Source of the DNA: an uncultured Thermoleophilia bacterium
Lineage (GTDB): Bacteria; Actinomycetota; Thermoleophilia; UBA2241
NCBI GenBank assembly: GCA_903862845.1
Contig: CAIOZS010000059.1
Location: forward strand, 1-62,572
Direction of reading: 5' to 3'
DNA length: 62,572 nt
Below, in pieces: positions 1 through 8,300 of this stretch. Position 1 is the stretch's first letter. Every line of letters begins with the position of its first letter. The notes beneath the pieces were generated by a model. The model saw nothing but the letters and a program-made list of their open reading frames with translations, was not told the origin of the DNA and did no database searches. A program made the position numbers and the translations under genes.

Positions 1-1087
1 AGATGAAGAACGGCTTGCCGCCGCGCCCCATGCGCTCCTGACGGTAGAACACGGGGCCGCGCGAGTCGAGCTTGATGGCCAACGCGACAATGGCGAGCAG
101 CGGCGCCACGAGCAGGAAGATCAGGCCGCCGACGACCAGGTCGAAGACGCGCTTGACGGCCATGCTGGCGCGGCTCAGCTCGATGTGACCGACGTCGAGC
201 AGCGGGATACCCTCGACGTCATCGACGAGCGCCCGCGAGCTGACCACCTCGAAGAGGCGCGGCACGATGTTGACCTTGACGCCCGAGTCGGCGCAGGCGC
301 GCACCACCCGCAGGAAGTCGTCGTGGCGCGCCTGCGAGAAGGCGACGATCACGCGGTCCACCTGCTGCTCGGCGACGATGCGATCGAGGTCGTCGAAGAC
401 GCCGATCACGGGGAGATGGGGGCCGCCGTTGCCGTTGCGCCGCGGCTCTCCGTCGTCAAGGTAGCCCACCAGCTTGATGCGGAGCTCGGGGTGCTTGCTG
501 ATCTTATTGGCCAGGGTGTGGCCGACCTCGCCGGCGCCGATGATGAGCACGCGCTCCTGGAACGACGGCCGCGCCCACACGGAAACCTTGCCCAGCCAGC
601 GCGCCGCCGGCACCAGTATGATGGCCAGCATCCAGAAGGCGATGAGTGTCGCGATCGGAGCCCGGGGTCCTTCCACCAAGACCATGGCGATCATCATCAG
701 CCAGCTGGCCGCGGTGAGCGCCGTGAGTCCGTGCGGTGTCTCGGACATACTGGCGCCGCCGATGCTGCGCCCGGGCTCGCGGTACAGGCCGAAGGCCCAC
801 AGGACCGCGAGCCAGAACGGCGTGAGAAGGAGGAAGGTCAAGGTCCCGCCGCGCGGATCGAGCTCGAAGGGAGCGGCAAGACGGCTGACGATCGGCACGT
901 TGTCGAACGACCCGGCGATCCAGACGGCGAGCAGAGAGGCGGCGACGAGCGCGAGCGCGTCGGCGGTCAGCGTCGCCGCCACGCGCAGCTTGGTCGGCCG
1001 TCTCGTCTTCACGTGGCCCGCGATATCGGCGCGCGTAGCCGGCTCGGTGTAGTACGTCGAGCCATGTTGCAGCGTCCCGTTGCCCAT
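1..1087 (-). CDS. Polyprenyl-phosphate glycosyl-1-phosphate transferase (bacterial sugar transferase, WbaP/WcaJ-like); 3' end cut by window edge
   Basis: Absent from the ORF track because it runs off the window. Reverse-strand translation from the ATG at 1087 gives MGNGTLQHG..., several TM segments and a 'VLIIGAGEVGHTLA' nucleotide-binding-like stretch. At the edge it reads 'AIKLDSRGPVFYRQERMGRGGKPFFI', the typical start of the Bac_transf catalytic domain. Confidence 0.8.
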   Translation of the reverse strand, partial: MGNGTLQHGSTYYTEPATRADIAGHVKTRRPTKLRVAATLTADALALVAASLLAVWIAGSFDNVPIVSRLAAPFELDPRGGTLTFLLLTPFWLAVLWAFGLYREPGRSIGGASMSETPHGLTALTAASWLMMIAMVLVEGPRAPIATLIAFWMLAIILVPAARWLGKVSVWARPSFQERVLIIGAGEVGHTLANKISKHPELRIKLVGYLDDGEPRRNGNGGPHLPVIGVFDDLDRIVAEQQVDRVIVAFSQARHDDFLRVVRACADSGVKVNIVPRLFEVVSSRALVDDVEGIPLLDVGHIELSRASMAVKRVFDLVVGGLIFLLVAPLLAIVALAIKLDSRGPVFYRQERMGRGGKPFFI

Positions 1088-1258
1088 GTCACCAGTATCG
1101 GCAACAGTTGCCGGCAACATGAGAGGTCGTTCGTCTACTTGCAGCCTCGCCAAGAAGAACACCACCCCTGTGTGAAACGCGGCACATCCCCTACTAGCAG
1201 CGGAACTACTACCCGCATCACCTGCGCATTGAAACACCCTCGGCGTGGGCGCGCGGTC

Positions 1259-2041
1259 CTAGACAATGACTTCAAGGGCCTCGATCGCGGTCGCCCGGCC
1301 GCCTTCGGCGGTGATGAACACCGCGTTGAGCCGCACGGCTCCGCCCGCGACCTCGAACTGCGCCGGCAGCTCCGTGAGAAAGCGCCGCACGATGATGTCG
1401 GTGCGCACCCCGATCACCGACTCGAGCGGACCGGTCATGCCGACGTCGGTCATGTAGGCCGTTCCTCCCGGCAGCACGCGCGCATCGGAGGTCTGCACAT
1501 GCGTGTGCGTGCCGAGCACGGCCGTCACGCGGCCGTCCAGGTAGTGCCCCATGGCGACCTTCTCGCTGGTCGCCTCGGCGTGCAGGTCGACGACGATCGC
1601 ATCGGCCAGCGCCTCGGCCTCGTCCACGAGGCGGTCGACGATGCGAAACGGTGACATGCCGGTGTTCATGAAGAGCTCGCCGGCCAGGTTGATCACCGCG
1701 ACCTCGTCGCCGTTCGCCGCCGGCCGCACGGTGACCCCGCGGCCGGGAGAGCCCGCGGGGTAGTTGGCCGGCCGCACGATGCGTTCGTCGGTCATGAGGA
1801 AGCCGTAGACCTCTTTCTGGCGCCAGACGTGGTTGCCGGTGGTGATCACGTCCACCCCGGCGCCGAGCAGCTTGAGGGCGATCTTGGAGGTGATGCCGGC
1901 GCCGTTGGCGGCGTTCTCGCCGTTCGCAATCACAAAGTCGACGGCGCGCTCGTCGCGGAAGCCGGGCAACCAGCGCAGCAGCGCTTCCCGGCCCGGTTGG
2001 CCGAACACGTCACCGATGAAAAGGATATTCAAGCGCGCCAC
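1259..2041 (-). CDS. YmdB-family metallophosphoesterase (2',3'-cyclic-nucleotide phosphodiesterase-like, TIGR00282 type)
   Basis: Motifs 'ILFIGDVFG', 'ANGENAANGAGIT', 'TTGNHVW', 'VDLHAEATSEK' and 'GTHTHVQTSD'. The track ORF starts at 2068 (GTG). The GTG at 2041 (VARLNILFIGD) fits the family N-terminus better. Confidence 0.85.
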   Translation of the reverse strand: MARLNILFIGDVFGQPGREALLRWLPGFRDERAVDFVIANGENAANGAGITSKIALKLLGAGVDVITTGNHVWRQKEVYGFLMTDERIVRPANYPAGSPGRGVTVRPAANGDEVAVINLAGELFMNTGMSPFRIVDRLVDEAEALADAIVVDLHAEATSEKVAMGHYLDGRVTAVLGTHTHVQTSDARVLPGGTAYMTDVGMTGPLESVIGVRTDIIVRRFLTELPAQFEVAGGAVRLNAVFITAEGGRATAIEALEVIV

Positions 2042-2460
2042 CCCTGTCTCGATCGCTCTGCTCCCCACCCACCGGGCCGCTCGCCCGGACTACTGAGTAT
2101 ACCGGCATGTCGCGACGCGCGGCAGGTGCCAGGGTAGCAAGTGCTCCCCCTACGTCCACCTTGTCGTATCCGTGAGGTGCTACTCTGGCTCAGCGCGCAG
2201 GGGAGGCGCTCCTCGCGGTCGCCGGCAAGTAGCGCATGGGGTGCGCGGAGTCTGATCGGCCCACGTGCCGGCCGGCAGTCGACGCCCAGCCGCCGAGGGA
2301 GACGGAGCAACTGGTTGCGGTAGACGTTCCGGGATCGCGAGTTGACTCCGGTGGGCCCTGAGCGAACGAGTGGGTTGCGGCGCTTGGCAGTTGACCCGCG
2401 CCGCCCTGCATGGTCGTTCCGGACCCTGCCGGCCGGGCTACTCGCAGGCTGACTGGCCGG

Positions 2461-3966
2461 TCAGCCGCCGAAGATCAGCCTCACAGCCCCTTCGGCAGCC
2501 TTGAGCAGCGGCTCGGGGAACAGGCCGACCACGAGCACGCCCGCTGCGGCGAGGCTCACGGCCACCGTGACGCCGAGCTGCGACGACTTGGGCTCGGCCT
2601 CCATCTCGGCGCCCTGCGGCGCCTCGCGGAAGTACATGTACCAGACGACGCGCAGATAGTAGTAGGCGGACACCGAGCTCATGATGACGGCCACGATAGC
2701 CAGCCACGTGAGATTTGCCTGCACGACCGCGGTGAACAGGTAGAACTTGCCCCAGAAGCCTATCGTCGGCGGGATGCCGGTGAGCGACACCATGAACACG
2801 GCCATGAGGATCGCCGCCCAAGGCATCGTGCGAGCGAGCCCGCCGATCTCGCCGAGGGTATACGCGAACTTGCGGCGGTTGCGGATCCAGATGAGCACGC
2901 CGAAAGCCCCGAGGTTCATCAGCGCGTAGGCGAACAGGTAGAACAGAATGGCGGCGATGCCCAGAGGCTTGCCCGACGTGCCGGCGGCGATGAGGCCGAG
3001 CGTGAGATACCCGGCGTGGGCGATGCTCGAGTAGGCGAGCATGCGCTTGAGGTTGCGCTGCGGCAGCGCCAGCACGTTCCCGACGACCATCGTGAGCACG
3101 GCGAGGATCGTCATCGTGTGTGCCCACGTCTGCCACTGCAGACCGGCGGCGGCCACGAACAGCCGCGCGAAGCCCGCGAAGGCGGCCGCCTTGACGCCCG
3201 TCGCCATGAAGGCGGTAACGGGCGTGGGAGCGCCCTCGTAGACGTCCGGCGCCCAGTTGTGGAAGGGCACCGCCGAGATCTTGAAGCCGAAGCCGGTGAC
3301 GACCAGCACGAAGGCCACGACGAGGAAGCCGCGCGCGTCGAGACCCGAGAGCTTGGCGAGCCCGGCGGCGATGCCGGAGTAGGTGGTCTGCCCCGAGGCG
3401 CCGTAGACCAGCGCCAGGCCGAAGGCGAGGATGGCCGACGAGAAGGCGCCGGTCACAAAGTACTTGATCGACGCCTCGCCGGAGCGCTCGTCGCGCCACA
3501 GGTAGCCGGCGAGCACATAGGTGGGCAGCGACATGAGCTCGAACGAGACGAAGAAGGCCACGACGTCCGTGCTCACGACCATGCCAATCATGCCGGTGAT
3601 GACGAGCAGCAGCAGGCCGTAGAACTCACCACGAGCCGCCTTGCGCCGGGCCAGGTAGGCGTCGGAGAGCATGATCGTCGCGACGCCGATGCCGGCGAAC
3701 AGCACGACGCAGAACAGAGCATACTTGTCGAGCGAGACCATGCCGGCAAAGCCGGTCTGCGGCTTCCGGGCGTTGAAGTGCAGGCCGTTCGACACGCTGA
3801 TCCATTGGCCGACGGCCACGGCCGCGCCGGTGATGAGCCCGGCGGCCGCGATCCAGGCGAGCACGGCCTTGCGCGCCACGAACAGGTCGACGAGGAAGAC
3901 GACGAACGCGCCTACGGCCACGACCACGCCGGGCAGGATCACGACGACGGCGTTGCCGGCGTTCAT
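2461..3966 (-). CDS. nuoN: NADH-quinone oxidoreductase subunit N
   Basis: 501-aa polytopic antiporter-like protein with NuoN-type sequence. It is the last gene of the nuo operon, directly after nuoM (stop 3967, start 3966). Confidence 0.93.
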   Translation of the reverse strand: MNAGNAVVVILPGVVVAVGAFVVFLVDLFVARKAVLAWIAAAGLITGAAVAVGQWISVSNGLHFNARKPQTGFAGMVSLDKYALFCVVLFAGIGVATIMLSDAYLARRKAARGEFYGLLLLVITGMIGMVVSTDVVAFFVSFELMSLPTYVLAGYLWRDERSGEASIKYFVTGAFSSAILAFGLALVYGASGQTTYSGIAAGLAKLSGLDARGFLVVAFVLVVTGFGFKISAVPFHNWAPDVYEGAPTPVTAFMATGVKAAAFAGFARLFVAAAGLQWQTWAHTMTILAVLTMVVGNVLALPQRNLKRMLAYSSIAHAGYLTLGLIAAGTSGKPLGIAAILFYLFAYALMNLGAFGVLIWIRNRRKFAYTLGEIGGLARTMPWAAILMAVFMVSLTGIPPTIGFWGKFYLFTAVVQANLTWLAIVAVIMSSVSAYYYLRVVWYMYFREAPQGAEMEAEPKSSQLGVTVAVSLAAAGVLVVGLFPEPLLKAAEGAVRLIFGG

Positions 3967-5583
3967 CTAGAACAACCCCTTCGCCGCATCGACCAGCTGC
4001 GCCACCCCGTGCGCCTGGGCGCTCTGCAGCGACGGCGTGACCCTGTGGAGGATCTCCTGTACCGGCAGGTGGAGGAAGTCGAGGAGCGTGTTGGGGTACA
4101 CGCCCACCCAGATCACGAGGACGACCAGGGGCACCAGGGTGAGGATCTCGCGAACGCCCAGGTCGCGCAGGCCCTCGGCGGCGGGCCTCACGTCTTCGTC
4201 GCCGCGGTCGTTGAACATGGTGCGCTGGAACATCCACAGCAGATAGGCGGCGGCGAGAATGACGCCCGTAGCGGCAATCGCCGCCAGCCAGTGCGAGTAG
4301 ACGAAGAGGCCGAGGAGGCTGAGGAACTCGCCGACGAAGCCGCTCAGCCCGGGCAGCCCGGCCGAACCGAAGACGAAGAAGAGGAAGAACCCGGCCATGA
4401 TCGGCATGGGCCGGGCCAGCAGCGCCATGTCGGCGATCTGGCGCGTGTGCGTGCGCTCGTACATGTACCCGACCATGAGGAACAGGGCGCCGGTGAGCAG
4501 GCCGTGGCTGAACATCACGAGGATGGCGCCCTCCATGCCTGCGGCGTTGTTGGCTACGGCGATGGCCGCGAAGATGCCGACCGTGACGAAGCCCATGTGG
4601 CTCACGCTCGAATAGGCAACGAGCTTCTTGAGATCCTTCTGGACCAGCGAGACAAGCGCGCCGTAGACGATGGCGATCACCGAAAGCACCACGATGTAGG
4701 GGATGAACGTCACGGCGGCGTCCGGGAAGAAGGGCAGGCAGAAACGCAGCATGCCGTACCCACCCATCTTGAGGAGCACGCCGGCGAGGATCACGGAGCC
4801 CGCCGTGGGAGCCTCGACGTGCGCGTCGGGGAGCCAGGTGTGCAGCGGGAACATCGGCACCTTGATGGCGAAGGCCAGGAAGAAGGCGAGGAAGGCCCAG
4901 AACTGCAGGTGGTACGTGTAGACCTGCCGGCTGAGCTCCTGGATGTTGAACGTCAGCCCGCCCGCCGTGTTGTCCTTGACGTAGTACACGACCACGATGA
5001 TGGCGACGAGCATGAGCAGGCTGCCGACCAGCGTGAAGAGGAAGAACTTGATGGCCGCATAGATGCGCCGCGGGCCACCCCAGATGCCGATGATGAAGTA
5101 CATCGGCACCAGCATGGCCTCCCAGAACACGTAGAAGAGGAAGAGGTCGGTGGCGCAGAACACGCCGGCCATGCCGACCTGTAGCAGCAGGAGCGAGATG
5201 AAGAAGCCCATCTCGCGATCCTTGACGTAGTTCCAGCTACCGAGGATCACGATGACGCCGAGCAGCGTCGTGAGGAACAGCAGAAGGGCGGCGATGCCGT
5301 CGACGCCCATGCCGTAGTGGATGTTGAGCGCTTTGATCCAGGTGAAGTTCTCGACGAACTGCATGCCGGGCGCCTTGGTGTCGAGGGCGACCAGCATGAC
5401 GATAGACAGAACGAACGCGGCCAGCGTGACGACCAGCGAAATGACCTTGTAGACGGCGGGCCGGCCGCGGCCGAACAGAAGCATCAGCAGCACGCCGGCC
5501 AGGGGCAGGAAGGTGATGACGCTGAGGATGGGGAAGCCGATCTGGGCGCTCCAGGTCACGTCACGACCCCCAGACCCAGGCAA
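3967..5583 (-). CDS. nuoM: NADH-quinone oxidoreductase subunit M
   Basis: 538-aa antiporter-like subunit with typical NuoM sequence (WLPDAHVEAPTAGSVILAGVLLKMGGYG). The track start is a TTG at 5583. An alternative GTG at 5559 lies 1 nt after the nuoL stop. Confidence 0.93.
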   Translation of the reverse strand: MPGSGGRDVTWSAQIGFPILSVITFLPLAGVLLMLLFGRGRPAVYKVISLVVTLAAFVLSIVMLVALDTKAPGMQFVENFTWIKALNIHYGMGVDGIAALLLFLTTLLGVIVILGSWNYVKDREMGFFISLLLLQVGMAGVFCATDLFLFYVFWEAMLVPMYFIIGIWGGPRRIYAAIKFFLFTLVGSLLMLVAIIVVVYYVKDNTAGGLTFNIQELSRQVYTYHLQFWAFLAFFLAFAIKVPMFPLHTWLPDAHVEAPTAGSVILAGVLLKMGGYGMLRFCLPFFPDAAVTFIPYIVVLSVIAIVYGALVSLVQKDLKKLVAYSSVSHMGFVTVGIFAAIAVANNAAGMEGAILVMFSHGLLTGALFLMVGYMYERTHTRQIADMALLARPMPIMAGFFLFFVFGSAGLPGLSGFVGEFLSLLGLFVYSHWLAAIAATGVILAAAYLLWMFQRTMFNDRGDEDVRPAAEGLRDLGVREILTLVPLVVLVIWVGVYPNTLLDFLHLPVQEILHRVTPSLQSAQAHGVAQLVDAAKGLF

Positions 5584-7456
5584 GGACGACGACCAGCACC
5601 AGCATGCCCGCGAAGATGGAGAAGGCGTAGTTCTGGACGCGCCCGGTCTGCAGGGGCCGCAGACGCTCGCCGAGAAGCTCCCAGAGGCGCGCGAGCCCGT
5701 TGACGGCGCCGTCGATGACCTTGACGTCGAAGAAGGTCCACAGCCAGCCGGCGAAGGCGATGGTGCTGCGGATGGGCACGACCTCGTAGACTTGGTCCAT
5801 GTACATCTTGTTGAACGACGCCTCGTAGGCGACCGGCAGGCGCGCCGCCAGGCGGCCCGGCAGCTCGGTGCGGCGGATGTACATCACGTAGGCCACGTAC
5901 ACGCCCAGCAAGGCGACGGCGACCGAGAACACCATGAGGCCGCCGCCCACGCCGACCCACACGAATTTCTCGCGCTCGACATCGAAGAAGACCGGCTGGA
6001 GGAACGTGTGGATCCAGCCGGTGTCCGGCGGCCAGCCTACGAGGATGCCGAGCAGCGCCGCCGGGATGGCGAGGAGCACCAGCGGGATGGTCATGACCTT
6101 GGCAGACTCGTGGATGTGGCGCTGCACCTCCTCGGAGGCGCGAGACTTGCCGAAGAAGGTCATGAAGATGAGGCGGAAGGCGAACACGGCCGTGAGGAAG
6201 GCCGTGACGATGCCGACCGCCCAGACCACGTAGTACCCGCCGCTGAAGTCGCTGCCGAGGATCTCGTCCTTGGCCCAGAAGCCGGCGAACGGGAAGACGC
6301 CGATGAGGGCGATCGCCCCGATGAGCATCGTCCAGAACGTGATGGGGATCTTCTTGCGCAGCCCGCCCATGTTGCGCATGTCCTGCTCGCCGCCCATGGC
6401 GTGGATCACCGAGCCCGAGCACAGGAAGAGGAGGCCCTTGAAGAAGCCGTGCGCGAAGAGGTAGAAGATGCCGGCCGCCCACGCCCCGGCGCCGAGCGCC
6501 ATGAACATGAAGCCCAGCGACGAGATGGTGGAGTACGCGATCACCTTCTTGATGTCGTTCTGGGTGATCGCGATGTACGCCGAGTAGATGGCCGTGAACG
6601 TGCCGATGATCATCACGATGAGCATCGCCGTGTGCGCCTGGACGAACAGCGGGTAGGAGCGCGCGACCATGTACACGCCGGCGTTGACCATGGTCGCGGC
6701 GTGGATGAGCGCGCTGACCGGCGTGGGGCCTTCCATGGCGTCCGGCAGCCACACGTGCAGCGGGAACTGGGCGCTCTTGCCGACGGCGCCGGTGAACAGC
6801 AGCAGGCAGATCCAGAGCAGCGTGCCCGAGCCGATCATCTCGGCCTTGTCGAAGACGCCGGTGAACTGCAGCGTGCCGGTGGTGACGAAGATCAGGAACA
6901 TGCCGAGCGTGAAACCGAAGTCGCCGACGCGGTTGACGAGGAACGCTTTCTTGCCCGCCTGGCTGGCACTCTTCTTGCGGAACCAGAAGGAGATGAGCAA
7001 GTACGAGCAGAGGCCCACGCCCTCCCAGCCGAGGAAGAGGAGCAGGTAGTTGTTCGCGAGGATGAGCACGAACATCGCGAACATGAAGAGGTTGAGATAG
7101 GCGAAGAACCGGTAGTAGCCCGGGTCGTCCTTCATGTAGCCGATGGAGTAGTAGTGGACGAGCATGCCGATGATGCCGACGACCAGAAGCATGATGCCGG
7201 TGAGCGGGTCGACGAGGAAGCCCCACTCGACGGTGAAGCGGCCCGCGGCCACCCAGGAGAAGGCGTTCCACACAAAGGCCGTGTCCGGATGCCGAACGAC
7301 CCACTCGAAGGCGTAGACCGAGAGCACGGCCGTAACCGTGACAAGCGCCACCGGAAGGATGTGCGACCTGGCGCGGAAGAGACGCTTACCGAGCAGCAGC
7401 GTGATGATGAAGCCGGCCAGCGGCAGCAGCACGATGAGTGCCACGGCGATCTTCAT
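5561..7456 (-). CDS. nuoL: NADH-quinone oxidoreductase subunit L
   Basis: Antiporter-like subunit with a long C-terminal extension typical of NuoL (HVWLPDAMEGPTPVSALIHAATMV). The track start is a GTG at 7474. The ATG at 7456 (MKIAVALIV) is preceded by GGAGGGG and is preferred. Confidence 0.93.
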   Translation of the reverse strand: MKIAVALIVLLPLAGFIITLLLGKRLFRARSHILPVALVTVTAVLSVYAFEWVVRHPDTAFVWNAFSWVAAGRFTVEWGFLVDPLTGIMLLVVGIIGMLVHYYSIGYMKDDPGYYRFFAYLNLFMFAMFVLILANNYLLLFLGWEGVGLCSYLLISFWFRKKSASQAGKKAFLVNRVGDFGFTLGMFLIFVTTGTLQFTGVFDKAEMIGSGTLLWICLLLFTGAVGKSAQFPLHVWLPDAMEGPTPVSALIHAATMVNAGVYMVARSYPLFVQAHTAMLIVMIIGTFTAIYSAYIAITQNDIKKVIAYSTISSLGFMFMALGAGAWAAGIFYLFAHGFFKGLLFLCSGSVIHAMGGEQDMRNMGGLRKKIPITFWTMLIGAIALIGVFPFAGFWAKDEILGSDFSGGYYVVWAVGIVTAFLTAVFAFRLIFMTFFGKSRASEEVQRHIHESAKVMTIPLVLLAIPAALLGILVGWPPDTGWIHTFLQPVFFDVEREKFVWVGVGGGLMVFSVAVALLGVYVAYVMYIRRTELPGRLAARLPVAYEASFNKMYMDQVYEVVPIRSTIAFAGWLWTFFDVKVIDGAVNGLARLWELLGERLRPLQTGRVQNYAFSIFAGMLVLVVVLAWVWGS

Positions 7457-7482
7457 GTACTGGGTCCCCTCCACGCGCGCTC

Positions 7483-7791
7483 CTAGCCCTTGAGCTCGTC
7501 GTACTGGTCGGTCTGCACGGTGCGGCGATTGCGGTAGTTGGCGATCACGATGGCGAGCCCCACGGTGACCTCAGCGGCGGCCAGCGTGATAATGAACAGC
7601 GAGAACAACGTGCCGGCGCCGAGCGCCCCGGCGCGGAAGTTGGAGATTGCCACGAGCGCGATGTTGACGGCGTTCAGCATGAGCTCGAGGCACATCACGA
7701 CGACGATGACGTTGCGGCGCACGAGCACCCCGAAAGCGCCGATGCAGAACAGCAGGACGGCCAACGTGAGCCACCAGTAAAGGGCGTTCAC
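7483..7791 (-). CDS. nuoK: NADH-quinone oxidoreductase subunit K
   Basis: 102-aa, 3-TM protein 'VNALYWWLTLAVLLF...LAAAEVTVGLAIV' with the conserved membrane Glu. It is the C-terminal part of track ORF 7483..8313. The GTG at 7791 overlaps the nuoJ stop by 4 nt. Confidence 0.9.
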   Translation of the reverse strand: MNALYWWLTLAVLLFCIGAFGVLVRRNVIVVVMCLELMLNAVNIALVAISNFRAGALGAGTLFSLFIITLAAAEVTVGLAIVIANYRNRRTVQTDQYDELKG

Positions 7792-8300
7792 GACTTCTCC
7801 TCTTCCTTGCGCGCCAGCACGAGGGCGCCGATCATCGCGGCCACGAGCACCAGCGAGACCAGCTCGAACGGGAAGACGTAGCCTTTGAAGAGAAGCAGCG
7901 AGATGCCCTTGACGCTGGGGTTGAGCGCTTTGTCGCCGATCTGGCCGACGTCGGCGGTGACCACAACAACCGTGAGGACGGCGGCGGCGGCCACCGCCAG
8001 GGGCGCCGCAAGCACGGCCTGCCGGTTGAAGAACAGATCGTAGCCGCCGTCCTGCACCTCGGTGAGCATGATCGCGAAGATGATGACGATCGAGATGGCG
8101 CCCACGTACACGAGGATCTGCACGACGGCCACCAGGGGCGCGTTGAGCAGCGCGTAGGCGAAGGCCACGCCGAGGAAGCAGGCGACCATGGAGGCGGCGG
8201 AGTACATGACCTTCTTGAAGGCCACGACGCCGAGGCCGCAGATGAGGATCCAGGCGGCGAGGATGAAGAACAGCCAGGGATGGAAGTCGCCGCCCGGCAT
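7788..8300 (-). CDS. nuoJ: NADH-quinone oxidoreductase subunit J
   Basis: 170-aa membrane protein with NuoJ-like sequence (VQILVYVGAISIVIIFAIML). ATGA overlap with the upstream 825-aa gene. Confidence 0.9.
   Translation of the reverse strand: MPGGDFHPWLFFILAAWILICGLGVVAFKKVMYSAASMVACFLGVAFAYALLNAPLVAVVQILVYVGAISIVIIFAIMLTEVQDGGYDLFFNRQAVLAAPLAVAAAAVLTVVVVTADVGQIGDKALNPSVKGISLLLFKGYVFPFELVSLVLVAAMIGALVLARKEEEKS

Noticed and set aside
185-1654. 489-aa plus-strand ORF spanning two minus-strand genes
   Set aside because: It has the same antisense, biased composition. It crosses the intergenic gap between the sugar transferase and the YmdB-like gene. The minus-strand products have clear family signatures.
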